Made by a program: the position numbers and the translations under genes. 64,000 nt of DNA. It comes from Parcubacteria group bacterium M6-OD1-4 (GTDB taxonomy: Bacteria; Patescibacteriota; Patescibacteriia; Patescibacteriales; UBA12465). The notes under the pieces were generated by a model. It saw only the letters and a list, made by a program, of their open reading frames with translations. It made no database searches and was not told where the DNA came from. Location of the stretch: NCBI GenBank assembly GCA_003056205.1, contig LSNS01000004.1, positions 55,870 to 119,869 on the forward strand, given 5' to 3'. Shown here one piece after another: positions 20,209 to 31,140 of this stretch (positions within the stretch are counted from its first letter, which is position 1; each line of letters starts with the position of its first letter).

Positions 20209-21168
20209 ATGCATAAATTAAAAATTAAAGTTCCCTTGAGCGTTCCCAAGAATAAAAGAAATGAATTTCAATTGAATTATGAAATGCTGACAAATTACAG
20301 TGGACGTTTATTTTTAATTGCTGGCGATCAAAAAGTAGAACATTTGAATGCTGATTTTGTAGGTCCTAAAATTAGCCCTGAAGATCAAAGTCCAGAACAT
20401 TTATTTAAAATTGCCGCTGCTTCTCAAGGAGGAGTGCTGGCAACGCATCTTGGTTTAATTGCTCAATATGGCTCAGATTATCCAGATACCCCCTATTTAG
20501 TAAAGTTAAATGGTAAAACTAATATCGGACGAAATGAACTGAAAGATTCTAGCCATTTATGGTGGACCGTGGAAGATGTAATTAAATTCAAAAAAGAAAG
20601 TAATTTGAAAATTGTCGGTATTGGCTATACTCTTTATCTGGGTGGTCAATATGAAGCGGAAATGCTTGCCACGGTTGCTCAAGCTCTATATCAAGCCCAC
20701 CAAGCTGGTCTAACCACCCTTCTTTGGGTTTATCCACGAGGTCCAAAAATTAATGAAGAAAATATTCACACCATTGCTGGTGGAGCTGGAATAGCTTCCG
20801 CTCTCGGTAGCGACTTTGTCAAGATTAAATATCCCTATGCTGCCAAAAATAAACTAGCTACTGCTCAGAAATTTCGTGAAGCAACAAAAGCCGCAGGACG
20901 AACAAAGGTGGTTTGTGTCGGTGGACAACAACGACCAGTAAAACTTCTCTTAGATGATTTAGCCCGACAAATTAAGATTTCCAAAACTAATGGTCTAGCA
21001 ATGGGTCGTAATCTCCACCAACGTTCTTTAACAGAAGCAACACGTCTCACCGCTGCTCTAGGATCAATTATTTTTCATGATCAAAGTGCTGCTGAAGCCT
21101 ATAAGATTTATAATCGTAAAAATAAATTGTCTGTTCAATCTCGAGGAAGATTTTTAGGTTTATTTTAA
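20209..21168 (+). CDS. class I (DhnA-type) aldolase, probably fructose-bisphosphate aldolase
   Basis: AGDQKVEH, WVYPRG, LGSDFVK Schiff-base Lys, GRNLHQ. Confidence 0.85.
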   Translation: MHKLKIKVPLSVPKNKRNEFQLNYEMLTNYSGRLFLIAGDQKVEHLNADFVGPKISPEDQSPEHLFKIAAASQGGVLATHLGLIAQYGSDYPDTPYLVKLNGKTNIGRNELKDSSHLWWTVEDVIKFKKESNLKIVGIGYTLYLGGQYEAEMLATVAQALYQAHQAGLTTLLWVYPRGPKINEENIHTIAGGAGIASALGSDFVKIKYPYAAKNKLATAQKFREATKAAGRTKVVCVGGQQRPVKLLLDDLARQIKISKTNGLAMGRNLHQRSLTEATRLTAALGSIIFHDQSAAEAYKIYNRKNKLSVQSRGRFLGLF

Positions 21169-21211
21169 TTCAATCTTCAACAGAGAATTAGATAAAATAT
21201 TATATTTAAGA

Positions 21212-21243
21212 AAAAATAAGCTAACAATTTGTTAGCTTATTTT
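21212..21243. terminator. bidirectional intrinsic terminator
   Basis: AAAATAAGCTAACA..TGTTAGCTTATTTT between convergent genes. Confidence 0.7.
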
Positions 21244-21305
21244 AGATTTGAATTGACTAGGAATTAAATTATTTCTTAAAATAAGAACAATAATACAATA
21301 CAGAA

Positions 21306-22913
21306 TTAATTTTTATTAATGTTTATTTTTATACGATCTACTAAACTAGGAGCCCGCTTAATAAATGTTGGGGAAAATTTTAACTGATAGCTATCAACTT
21401 CGGGTTGATTTGATAAATAGGTTTTAATCTGAGATTTGCTTAAATTAATTAAAGATTTCGGACTAATTAAATCAGAATTGTTTTTTAAAATCATCGTCCC
21501 TGTAAAACTGGCCTTAATCGTCGCACTTTCTGACGCCGGATCATAACTAATTAGACTATAAACAATATGAGCGGGATTGAAATTAACTAGTTCTTTATCA
21601 GCAGGAATAGCTAAATTTAATTTAGCAATAGCGAGTTTGGCGACAGCACTTCGAGAGAAATTAACCGCCACAATTTGTCCTTGGGCCTGAGCAGTAAATT
21701 GATCTTGACGATCACCAGCCTTAGCATTAATGGTCACTACTGGAGGATTATTGACAATATACAACCATTTCGTTGCTGAGGAAGACTGTTCACTTTGCAC
21801 TTTAGCTTTCGCCTGAACTTTCGCTTTCATAATTAACAAACGATTAATATCTTGAGCAGCATAAGCTAAATCACTAGCATTTACATACTTTCGTATTTCT
21901 TGAGTGTAGGTAAAAGGTGCTAAACTTCGAGCATAAATTTTGTCTTGAAGACCAGCCCATAAACCAGGAATAATAAACCGGGTAACACCAATAGCCATGC
22001 TGGGGCTAGGGTGTTTAGTATAAATATTAACGGCCACACGACCACCAGCTGGAACATTAACCGATCTCACAATTCGGAAGAGTTTATTATCTGGACTAAG
22101 CAATCTGGTCGTGGCTACTAATGGTTGATTACTAGTATAATTATTAATAATTTCTACTCGACCAATAATTTTATTTCCTAAAAAAGTTTCACCATTAGCA
22201 GGATAAGTTTTGGAAACTTGAACATTAATTTTCTTAATACTGCCCTTAATTATTTCCCGAGGATCATTCTGAGCCTTTAAATTATTAGTATTAAAAATTG
22301 CCGTACTGGAAGGATGGGGACTATTAGCTTGAGCACTCGTGCTTGCTGGCGTAGCCACAACTTTAAGGAGTAAACTATCGTTAATTTTCTCACCCTTTAA
22401 ATTTAAGGTCACAGTCAATTTAGAAAAAGAAAAATAAATAACCACGGCCGCCACAATACCAATTAAAACAATAAATTTTAAAACTAAACGACGATACAAA
22501 ACAACACTACGACCAGTTTTTTGGGGAGACTGATTATTCTTTCTAGTAAGCGGATCTTCAGTTTTTATTTCTTGAGCTAAATTCTCAAAAAATTTCTTTT
22601 GGCTATCAATTTCTTTCGCATTTTCAGAGGAGTGAGAAACCTTTTTCTTAGTAATTTCATGTTCCACAAATTTTTTTGGAGGCATTTTTGAATGAGAAGT
22701 ATTTTTCTTTTTTCGAAAATCACTATTTTTCACCAATAATTGATCATTTTCAGCCAACCAAGATAAATCAGAATCACTAGGCTCATCTTCAATGACATCC
22801 ACTAAAACTGACTTCGCTTGTCGACGAGGATGAATAGTTTTTGGTGGAGTTTTTTTCTTAGATTTTGTTTTGCGAACGGGAGTTTTAGACACCGTAGTTT
22901 TGCTTCGAGTCAT
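21306..22913 (-). CDS. membrane-anchored hypothetical protein (CPR baseplate-J-like type)
   Basis: Disordered N-terminus, one TM, G.V.IINN..QPLVATTRL..FIIPGL motif. Confidence 0.65.
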   Translation of the reverse strand: MTRSKTTVSKTPVRKTKSKKKTPPKTIHPRRQAKSVLVDVIEDEPSDSDLSWLAENDQLLVKNSDFRKKKNTSHSKMPPKKFVEHEITKKKVSHSSENAKEIDSQKKFFENLAQEIKTEDPLTRKNNQSPQKTGRSVVLYRRLVLKFIVLIGIVAAVVIYFSFSKLTVTLNLKGEKINDSLLLKVVATPASTSAQANSPHPSSTAIFNTNNLKAQNDPREIIKGSIKKINVQVSKTYPANGETFLGNKIIGRVEIINNYTSNQPLVATTRLLSPDNKLFRIVRSVNVPAGGRVAVNIYTKHPSPSMAIGVTRFIIPGLWAGLQDKIYARSLAPFTYTQEIRKYVNASDLAYAAQDINRLLIMKAKVQAKAKVQSEQSSSATKWLYIVNNPPVVTINAKAGDRQDQFTAQAQGQIVAVNFSRSAVAKLAIAKLNLAIPADKELVNFNPAHIVYSLISYDPASESATIKASFTGTMILKNNSDLISPKSLINLSKSQIKTYLSNQPEVDSYQLKFSPTFIKRAPSLVDRIKININKN

Positions 22914-23077
22914 AAAAATAAAAAAAACTGAGAAATTTTTTTAATAAGTGAAATAAATTTAACACTCTTTTTAAATTAAAAGTGTAAATATAAAATAAAT
23001 TTATTATTAATTTTATTATAACAGAATTTTAGATTTACAACAATTATCAAAAACTAATTCCAGAAAATAAAGCTACT

Positions 23078-26000
23078 TTAAGGAAATCTTAATAAATCTT
23101 TAAATTTAGCTATTAATTCTTTTTTTAATTCTGGACTGTTCGCTACTAAAAAGGGAGTCTTGATTATTTTAGCCCGACCCTCGTCAAGTACTTTAAAATG
23201 GACAGCATCTTGACCGGGAAACAAAGAGAATATTTTTTTTAAACGCCGAGAATCATCAGTACTAAAAGTCTCTGCAAGAATTAATCGTAAAATATTTTTT
23301 GATTCTATGGAAGAATTATTCTCGCTCTGAAAAGCTTTTGGAACTTTATCAGTTGTTGGTTTCTTAACTGTGGCAATTGTGGTCGAGTTGGCAAGCGTTG
23401 AAGATGCCTTTTTATTCTTTATAAAAGGTTTCTGAAAATTTGATTTTTGAAAAGAATTAGAAGAAGAATTATTATATTTCTGGTAATGATTGCTAGTTTT
23501 TCGAGTATGGGCCAAGAGTTTCTTAAAGTCCGCAATAGATTTTTCTGGTTCAGCAGAATCTAAAGCAGAAACCCGATTTACTAAAACTTTTATATCTTGA
23601 TCTTTTTCCGATATTTTACCCTCAACAATCACTGCCTGCCCCCCCACCCATAAATCTGGAGTTTCTTTTAAGAGGCGCGGGAAAATTAATAACTCCACCG
23701 TATTACTAGCATCTTCTAATTTAACAAACAACATGGATTCTCCTTTACGGGTAATTATTTTTTTGATAGTGGAAACAATTCCAGCGATAACTATTCTTTC
23801 TTCTCCTTGATGATTTTTTAAAGTGATAAGTGGAAGAGCAAAATCAGCCAAATAGGGACGAAAAGCATTATAAGGATGCTCACTAATATATAAACCCAAA
23901 AGTTCTTTTTCCCAAGTTAATTTTTCATTTTGGGTTGCAGGATTTCCAGAATTTAGCTGAGGATGATTTAAGGCTTCTAGCGGTGAATCAATAAATAGAC
24001 TATCTTGTTTACTATTTTTAGATTTACTGAGCTCCTTATTAAAACTTAATAATTTTTCAATATTAACTAACAATTGACCACGTTCAGCAAAATTATCCAT
24101 AGCTCCACTCTTGATTAAACTTTCTAAAGATTTTTTATTTAAATCCCTATCAGTAATTCTTTCTAATAAATCAAAAATATCTTGATAAGGCCCAGAATTT
24201 TTCCGAATCTTAATAATCTCTTCCACGATATGCTGACCAACATTTTTAATGGCCTGCAAACCAAAACGAATAGTTTTGCTGATTTTATTTTTATGAGAAG
24301 CTCTATTTTCTTTAGTGCCATCAGTAACCACGGTAAAAGTAGCAAAAGATTCATTGATATCGGGGGGCATAATTTCAATACCCATCCGACGACATTCTTC
24401 AATTTCAATAGCGACCCGATCACTATCTCCCTGGTCAGCGGTTAAGAGCGCCGCCATAAATTCTACTGGATAATGCGCTTTCAAGTAGGCAGTTTGATAA
24501 GCAATCATGGCGTAACAAGCAGCGTGACTGCGATTAAATCCATAACCCGCAAACGGTTCGATAAAAGAAAAAATCTTTTCAGCTAATTCTTTATAAATAC
24601 TATTTTGGACACAACCATCAATAAATTTTTCTTTTTGTTCGGCTAACAGCGAGACAATTTTCTTCCCCATCGCTTTTCGTAAAACATCAGCCTGCCCCAT
24701 AGTAAAGCCCGCAAGATCACGAGCAATTTGCATCACCTGTTCTTGATAAATAGCCACGCCATAAGTTTTCTTCAAAATTGGCTCTAATTTAGGATGTAAA
24801 TAAACAACTTTCTTAATCTGATGTTTACCATTAATATAATCAGGAATCCATTCCATGGGCCCAGGGCGATATAAAGCAACCATGGCAATAATATCTTCAA
24901 ACTCTGTTGGTTTCAAATCACGTAAATAATGTTTCATCCCCGAAGATTCAAATTGAAAAACACCAGTCGTTTCTCCATTTTTAAACAAATTAAAAGTGAC
25001 TTGGTCATCTAGAGGAATATCATCAATATCTAATTCTTTCCCTTGAGTATTATTAAGAATCTTCAAAGTAGATTCAATAATTGTTAAGTTTTTAAGACCT
25101 AAAAAATCCATTTTTAACAGACCTAAATCTTCAATGGGGTGCAAAGAATATTGTGAAATAATACTACGATCACTAGAAGAAGCATACTGAATTGGCACAT
25201 TATCAGTTAGGGGATCTTTAGTAATCAACACCCCACAAGCATGCGTTGAAGCATGACGAGCTACTCCTTCTAAACGTTGAGCATAATCAAGAATGCGTTT
25301 AGCAGCTGGCTCTTGATGATACATTTCTTTTAACTCGGGAACAGTTTTTAAAGCTTCACCCAATTTCATAAACATTGGAATACTTTTCGCAATCTTATCA
25401 CAATATTCATAAGGTTCATCCAAAACTCGACCAACATCACGCACCGCCGCCCGTGCCGCCATCGTTCCGAAAGTAATAATTTGTGAAACATGGTCATGAC
25501 CATATTTTTCTCCAACATAATTTAAAACTTCAGACCGACGAACATCCGCAAAATCAACATCAATATCAGGCATAGAGATTCGCTCTGGATTTAAGAATCT
25601 TTCAAATAACAAATCATATTTTAAAGGATCAAGATTAGTAATTCCAGTTAAGAAACAAACTATTGAACCTGCCGCAGAGCCCCGACCAGGGCCAACGACT
25701 ATTTTATTTTTCTTAGCCCAGGAAATAAAATCAGCGACGATTAAAAAGTAAGAAGGCCAACCCATCTTAGTAATTACTCCTAATTCATAGTCTAAACGCT
25801 CTTGAACTCGTTGTAAATATTCTGGGCTAGCTCCTGGAAAACGTTTTTGAATTCCCTGTTCGCACCACCAACGCAAATAAGAATCTTCATTGTAAGAATC
25901 AGGAACAGCAAAATATGGTAATTGAGTATTACCCAATTCAATTTCGACATTACATTTTTCCGCAATTTTTAAGGTATTAGCTACAGCCTCAGGAACTTCA

Positions 26001-26767
26001 CTAAAAGCAGCAATCATTTCACTATTCGGACGTAAAGAATAATCACCGTGACCTAACATTTTTAAGCGATCAGTGTCGGTAATTTTCTTTTTGTTTTGTA
26101 AACAAAGAAGAATATCTTGAGCCTCCGCATCTTCTTTGTGTAAATAATGAGAATCATTAGTAGCAACTAGCGGAATATTTAATTTTTTTGAAAATTTAAT
26201 TAATTGCTGATTAACAGCAGCTTGTTCTTCTAATTCGGGGTGATCCTGAATTTCTAAATAAAAATTATCCTGACCAAAAAGAGTATTATATTCTTTAATT
26301 CTTTTTTCCGCTTGAACCAAATTCCCTGAAATAATTAAATGCGGAATTTCACCTCCCAAACAAGCCGTGGAGGCAATTAATCCTTCATGATATTTCTCCA
26401 ACAAAGACCAATCAATCCGGGGCTTATAATAAAAACCTTCCAAGTGAGCCAGAGATATTAATTTAATTAAGTGATGATAACCGAGAGTATTTTTAGCCCA
26501 CAATATTAAATGGTGACCCCGATCTTCACGAGTATTCTTATCAAGACGGGAATGAGGCGCTAAATAGGTCTCTACACCAATAATCGGCTTAATTCCTGCT
26601 TTTTTGGCTTTTTGATAGAATTCAATAACACCATACATTGTGCCATGATCAGTTAAAGCAATGGCTGGTGAACCCTGTTCTTGGGCATAATTAACCATTT
26701 CATCGATCTTGTTTAAACCGTCTAAAAGAGAATAATGACTATGATTATGAAGATGGACAAAAGACAT
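23078..26767 (-). CDS. dnaE: DNA polymerase III alpha subunit
   Basis: PHP domain HLHNHSHYSLLDG, GRGSAAGS, PDIDVD, OB domain. Confidence 0.98.
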   Translation of the reverse strand: MSFVHLHNHSHYSLLDGLNKIDEMVNYAQEQGSPAIALTDHGTMYGVIEFYQKAKKAGIKPIIGVETYLAPHSRLDKNTREDRGHHLILWAKNTLGYHHLIKLISLAHLEGFYYKPRIDWSLLEKYHEGLIASTACLGGEIPHLIISGNLVQAEKRIKEYNTLFGQDNFYLEIQDHPELEEQAAVNQQLIKFSKKLNIPLVATNDSHYLHKEDAEAQDILLCLQNKKKITDTDRLKMLGHGDYSLRPNSEMIAAFSEVPEAVANTLKIAEKCNVEIELGNTQLPYFAVPDSYNEDSYLRWWCEQGIQKRFPGASPEYLQRVQERLDYELGVITKMGWPSYFLIVADFISWAKKNKIVVGPGRGSAAGSIVCFLTGITNLDPLKYDLLFERFLNPERISMPDIDVDFADVRRSEVLNYVGEKYGHDHVSQIITFGTMAARAAVRDVGRVLDEPYEYCDKIAKSIPMFMKLGEALKTVPELKEMYHQEPAAKRILDYAQRLEGVARHASTHACGVLITKDPLTDNVPIQYASSSDRSIISQYSLHPIEDLGLLKMDFLGLKNLTIIESTLKILNNTQGKELDIDDIPLDDQVTFNLFKNGETTGVFQFESSGMKHYLRDLKPTEFEDIIAMVALYRPGPMEWIPDYINGKHQIKKVVYLHPKLEPILKKTYGVAIYQEQVMQIARDLAGFTMGQADVLRKAMGKKIVSLLAEQKEKFIDGCVQNSIYKELAEKIFSFIEPFAGYGFNRSHAACYAMIAYQTAYLKAHYPVEFMAALLTADQGDSDRVAIEIEECRRMGIEIMPPDINESFATFTVVTDGTKENRASHKNKISKTIRFGLQAIKNVGQHIVEEIIKIRKNSGPYQDIFDLLERITDRDLNKKSLESLIKSGAMDNFAERGQLLVNIEKLLSFNKELSKSKNSKQDSLFIDSPLEALNHPQLNSGNPATQNEKLTWEKELLGLYISEHPYNAFRPYLADFALPLITLKNHQGEERIVIAGIVSTIKKIITRKGESMLFVKLEDASNTVELLIFPRLLKETPDLWVGGQAVIVEGKISEKDQDIKVLVNRVSALDSAEPEKSIADFKKLLAHTRKTSNHYQKYNNSSSNSFQKSNFQKPFIKNKKASSTLANSTTIATVKKPTTDKVPKAFQSENNSSIESKNILRLILAETFSTDDSRRLKKIFSLFPGQDAVHFKVLDEGRAKIIKTPFLVANSPELKKELIAKFKDLLRFP

Positions 26768-26952
26768 AATAAATAAGTTCTAAATTTTATTTAAACTACT
26801 AATATTCTAATATAAGCTTGCGAGTTTAGCAACTAGCAGGTAAAAACAAAAAGCAAAACAGAAAATATTAAGCTCTTGCTTATTCTCGTTTTTTATGTTA
26901 TCTTAATTTTAAATAGATACTCAAAAATATAAAAATTTTTAAATAACATTGT

Positions 26953-27933
26953 ATGTTAAGTTTCAATAATGGAGTTAATGAGCGCATTGATCAGGATCAA
27001 AAAAATAAACGTCAGCTTCAAGATGTGGAGACTATTTTTAATAATCCCGGAGGGGAAAGAATCCAAGAAACTGATTTTAAAGATATTTATCCTCCTCGAG
27101 AAATTGAATCTGATTTAAAAATGGTGGAACGTCTTCAAGATAAATTTGCTAGTCAATTAGAACAATTTAGTGGCGAAGAGCTAAAAAAAATACATGAAGG
27201 AGAACAACGTTCAGAAATTCTAGAAATTATCATTGCCACCGACGGCGAAAAATATCATTGGACTGGAGAAAAAACACGTTTAAGCCGAGCAGCGAGATTT
27301 GATGATATTGCTAATGGTATCGATATTATTCTAGAATTTGAACTAGAAAGTTTCGAAAAAGCTTCTTCGGAAATTGACCGTATTGCTTTAGGAATTGACA
27401 CTTCTCGCAATAGCGATATCTATGCTTTGCAAAGGAAAATAGCTAGAAATATTGAAAAATTAACCGGTCAAAATGGTAAAAAACTTCCCCAAGCAAAATA
27501 TTTTCAATCAGCAATTGATAAAAATATTAAGGGAGAATTAAACACTATTATTCCAATTGTTATTGGTTTAGACTTTAATCATGTTAATGGGCTAATACAT
27601 CTTTGTGCTGCTTCACGAAGTCTCGCTGACCCCAAACATAATCAGGAACTACAAGAAATGGGTATTGATCCTCATCGAAAACAGGAGGAATTAAAAGAAC
27701 AATTGTTAAAACATCCCGCCCAAGTAGTTTTTTATCGACAAATAATTACTCAACTTAATTATTATTTAAAAGTACTAGATAAGCAAGAAGGAGAACAAAC
27801 TGAGAATATTAAAGTGGAGATAAACTCAATTCTGAAGAGAGTTAGAAAAATTAAGGAAACAAAAAAGAATATTCCCATTGCTAATTATGATCAGGACGCA
27901 GTTTTAAAGACAATTGAAGAAATTTGTTCTTAA
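26953..27933 (+). CDS. hypothetical protein
   Basis: 326-aa ORF; FDDIANGID..LGID pattern hints at a PD-(D/E)XK-like fold (weak). Confidence 0.7.
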   Translation: MLSFNNGVNERIDQDQKNKRQLQDVETIFNNPGGERIQETDFKDIYPPREIESDLKMVERLQDKFASQLEQFSGEELKKIHEGEQRSEILEIIIATDGEKYHWTGEKTRLSRAARFDDIANGIDIILEFELESFEKASSEIDRIALGIDTSRNSDIYALQRKIARNIEKLTGQNGKKLPQAKYFQSAIDKNIKGELNTIIPIVIGLDFNHVNGLIHLCAASRSLADPKHNQELQEMGIDPHRKQEELKEQLLKHPAQVVFYRQIITQLNYYLKVLDKQEGEQTENIKVEINSILKRVRKIKETKKNIPIANYDQDAVLKTIEEICS

Positions 27934-28038
27934 TTTTTATATTCTAGTGATCTCAAGAAGGTTATCAAAGTTAATAAAATAAATAAAAAATTAAAAAGAA
28001 CAATTCCTTGAACTGTTCTTTTTTATAAATTTGAAAAA

Positions 28039-28941
28039 CTAAAGTTTCTGGTTATCTTCTAATTGTTGAATTTTCTTAATTATTTCTTGGAGTTGTTCTC
28101 CATTATAAAAATCAATAATAATTTTTCCACCAGATCCCCGTCGTCGCAACTCAACTTTAGTATCTAAAATACTACTTAAGCGTTTTTCTTCAGTACGATC
28201 AAAATAAGTTTTAACCTGAGCCGCCTTTGTCCCTCCTAGACGCTTAATTTCTTGATTAGTCTGAGCCACACTTAAATTCTGCCGAATAATCTTTTTAAAA
28301 ATATTTAATTGTTTAGCTGGGTTATCTATTCCTAATAAGTATTTCGCATGAGCAGCAGTAATTTTTTCAGTAATTAAAGCTTCCTGAATTTCTGTTGGCA
28401 AACTTAACAGACGTAAGCTATTAGCAATACTTGACCGCGCTTTGCCTAAACGCTGGGCCGCTTCTTCTTGAGTAATATTAAATTCATCAATTAAGCGTTG
28501 GTAGGCCCGAGCATTTTCTAAAGGATTCAGATCTTCACGTTGAAGATTTTCAATCAATGCTAACTCTAATTTTTTTTGTTGTTTTTCTTGACGAACTAAA
28601 ACTGGAACTTTTTTCAAACCTAAGAGCTTAGCACTGCGTAAGCGTCGTTCGCCAGCAATTAACTCAAAACCATCTTTTTTCTTAGTAACAATCAAGGGTT
28701 GAATAATTCCGTGCTCACGAATAGAATCAGCCAAATCCTTTAAAGAAGCTTCTGAAAAAGTTGTTCGGGGTTGTAAAGGATTAATACTAATTCGTTCGGG
28801 ACTAATTCGCAGCACCCGATCACGATCATCGACAACTAATAATTCTCCAGTAGTTGTTGCTCCCGAAAAAGAACTTTGACCTAAACTAACTGTTTTTTTT
28901 GGAATCAAGGAACTAAGACCTCGCCCTAAACTTTTAGACAT
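28039..28941 (-). CDS. parB: chromosome partitioning protein ParB
   Basis: LGRGLSSL, NPLQPR, IAGERRLR, ENLQREDL. Confidence 0.96.
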   Translation of the reverse strand: MSKSLGRGLSSLIPKKTVSLGQSSFSGATTTGELLVVDDRDRVLRISPERISINPLQPRTTFSEASLKDLADSIREHGIIQPLIVTKKKDGFELIAGERRLRSAKLLGLKKVPVLVRQEKQQKKLELALIENLQREDLNPLENARAYQRLIDEFNITQEEAAQRLGKARSSIANSLRLLSLPTEIQEALITEKITAAHAKYLLGIDNPAKQLNIFKKIIRQNLSVAQTNQEIKRLGGTKAAQVKTYFDRTEEKRLSSILDTKVELRRRGSGGKIIIDFYNGEQLQEIIKKIQQLEDNQKL

Positions 28942-28945
28942 ATAA

Positions 28946-29710
28946 TTATTTTTCTAAACTTATAATTTCTCTAGCTAAACCCTGATAAGCTCTTCCCCCT
29001 TTAGATTTTGGATCATAATGTAAAATAGAGCGACCATAACTTGGAGCTTCCGCTAAACGAACACTACGCGGAATGACCGATCTAAAAATACGATTAGGAA
29101 AGTATTGATATAATTCATTCATTACTGAACTAGATAAACGATTGCGTTTATCAAACATAGTAATAATTGCTCCCATAATACCTAAGCTTGGTTTTAAATT
29201 ATTTTGTACTAAACTAATAGTTTCCAATAGCTGACTTAAACCTTCTAAAGCATAATATTCACTCTGGATAGGAATTAAAACTTCATCAGCGGCGACCAAG
29301 CTATTGATAGTTAAAAGTCCTAAAGAAGGTGGACCATCAATAATAATATAATCAAAATCATCTTTTAAATCTCCTAAAATCTGGGCTAAACGAAACTCCC
29401 GATTATCCATGGCGACCATTTCCACACCCGCCCCGGCTAAAGAAATTGTCGCCGGAGCAATTTTTAAACCAGTCTGAATAGTTCTTTTTAGAACTTTTGA
29501 TAATTCTTGCTCACCGATTAAAGCTTCATAAACACCAACTTTTAAAGCTTTTTGATCAACACCCAGACCTGAAGTAGCGTTAGCTTGGGGATCAATATCA
29601 ACTAATAGAACTTGCTTACCTAACTGAGCTAAATAAGCACTAAGATTAACCGCTGTAGTAGTTTTACCAACCCCACCTTTTTGGTTCACAATCGCTAAGA
29701 TTTTACTCAT
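28946..29710 (-). CDS. parA: chromosome partitioning ATPase ParA/Soj
   Basis: NQKGGVGKTT, DIDPQAN, RLAEAPSYG. Confidence 0.96.
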   Translation of the reverse strand: MSKILAIVNQKGGVGKTTTAVNLSAYLAQLGKQVLLVDIDPQANATSGLGVDQKALKVGVYEALIGEQELSKVLKRTIQTGLKIAPATISLAGAGVEMVAMDNREFRLAQILGDLKDDFDYIIIDGPPSLGLLTINSLVAADEVLIPIQSEYYALEGLSQLLETISLVQNNLKPSLGIMGAIITMFDKRNRLSSSVMNELYQYFPNRIFRSVIPRSVRLAEAPSYGRSILHYDPKSKGGRAYQGLAREIISLEK

Positions 29711-29881
29711 ATTTTTGATTTTTTGTTTCCGAACTTATGGCTTAAGCATTTTAAACTTATTTTTTATCAACTAAAAAACAATGCTAAAACCATCTATCTC
29801 CTACTATAAATAGTATAAACCAAAAACACCTTTTTGACAATTAAGACTTTATTTATTATACTAAAATCACTTATTCCAAAA

Positions 29882-29965
29882 GCCGCGATGGCGGAACTGG
29901 TAGACGCGCACGACTCAAAATCGTGTTGGGGTAACCTAGTGAGGGTTCGATTCCCTCTCGCGGCA
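29882..29965 (+). tRNA. tRNA-Leu(CAA)
   Basis: GCCGCGA acceptor, CACGA-CTCAAAA-TCGTG anticodon arm, long variable arm. Confidence 0.95.
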
Positions 29966-29972
29966 CAATAAT

Positions 29973-29996
29973 AAAAGTCGGCATTTGCCGACTTTT
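29973..29996. terminator. intrinsic terminator after tRNA-Leu
   Basis: AAAAGTCGGCA-TT-TGCCGACTTTT. Confidence 0.75.
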
Positions 29997-30057
29997 TAAA
30001 TAGTATTTAAATAAATTTTATTAGATTTTTTTGTTAAGTAGTTTAAAAAAAATTCAT

Positions 30058-30588
30058 TTATTTTTTCTGAGGATAAATTCGGTATTCCAGAAAATGTAGT
30101 TGTTTCCCGCTCATATTTATTTCATCGTATTCTCGTGCTACTTGAGCACCAAAAAACTCTGGGATTCTTCTACTAGCTTGATTATGAATATCTACTGGAT
30201 AAAAAAGATAATCATAATTTAGATTATGATCTGCCCATTTTTTAAGAGCAATGATGGCTTCTTTTCCATATCCATGACCATGAGCGGATTTCTTAATCCA
30301 GATTCCTAATTCTGGTGTTTTCCGATCTAGGTGATGAATACCGCCACAACCTAAAAAATCCTTGCTTTTTCTATGAAGTATAACAATTTGGAAATTACAA
30401 CCCTCCTCATTTTCTTTAATGGAGGTGGAAATAAATTTCTCCGTTTCTTTAATTTCCCGCGCTGGTCGAGGATACATATAAATAGCAATTTCTGGTGTTA
30501 ATTCTTTGAAAATATCATCTTTATATTTAAAAGTAATACCTTCTAAGTAAAGATTTTTTGTTTTGATGGTAATTTTTGATGTATTCAT
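30058..30588 (-). CDS. GNAT (RimJ/RimL) N-acetyltransferase
   Basis: ELGIWIKKSAHGHGYG; NQASRRI. Confidence 0.88.
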   Translation of the reverse strand: MNTSKITIKTKNLYLEGITFKYKDDIFKELTPEIAIYMYPRPAREIKETEKFISTSIKENEEGCNFQIVILHRKSKDFLGCGGIHHLDRKTPELGIWIKKSAHGHGYGKEAIIALKKWADHNLNYDYLFYPVDIHNQASRRIPEFFGAQVAREYDEINMSGKQLHFLEYRIYPQKK

Positions 30589-30657
30589 GGAAAAAATAAA
30601 TTATGAGTAAAAAAAGAGATACGACGACAAATAGAACTGCATACATATTAATAGACG

Positions 30658-30972
30658 CTATTGCCAAACCATTAAAATTTCTTTCGGATGCAGATTAAAA
30701 ACCTTTTTCAATGTCGAATACTTTTGAGGATTTTCAATTCCCCATTTTGCTACATATACAGGAGAAATGACTTTAACCGTAAGTTTAGTCTCCTCAAGTA
30801 CCTCGCACTTAAGCCCAAACTCAGGCTGATCATCCTAATCAAGTCTTCCGCCAGGCAACATCCATAGTTCCTTGGTAAATTCTTTGTTTAAAGGTAGTTT
30901 TAAAATCAAAAATTCTTCTCGTGAATTCATGAGAACTCCATATTCTCCGACATTACATTTTAATCTTTTCAT
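30658..30972 (-). pseudogene. NUDIX hydrolase pseudogene
   Basis: MKRLKCNVGEYG..WMLPGGRLD*DDQPEFGLKCEVLEETKL; TAG at 30835-30837 inside the Nudix box. Confidence 0.75.
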
Positions 30973-30999
30973 ATGTGTTAGTTTTTAATTTATTTCCAA

Positions 31000-31120
31000 T
31001 AACATCAAAATTTAATGAAGTTTTTCTAGAACGAAGAGAAAGAAAGATTTTGGTGAAAGAAAAAGTGTAACCTTTGAAAATTATTAACACACTTTTTATT
31101 GAATCTCATACATTCTATTA
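31000..31120 (-). other. degenerate attC-like site
   Basis: TAAC..GAAGTTT..TTTGGTGAAAGAAA..GAATCTCATACA, collinear with the site at 35413-35552. Confidence 0.55.
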
Positions 31121-31140
31121 TATAATGTAAAAAATATTTT

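Noticed and set aside
21306-22913. Baseplate-J-like protein as a prophage marker
   Set aside because: No other phage genes nearby; it is membrane-anchored and sits among housekeeping genes.
28039-29710. parAB as evidence of a plasmid or replication origin
   Set aside because: Chromosomal Soj/Spo0J type among core genes; I saw no parS palindrome or DnaA-box cluster.
30835-30837. In-frame TAG as stop-codon recoding or alternative genetic code
   Set aside because: TAG and TGA both terminate genes normally here, core genes have no internal stops, and the NUDIX gene shows other signs of decay.
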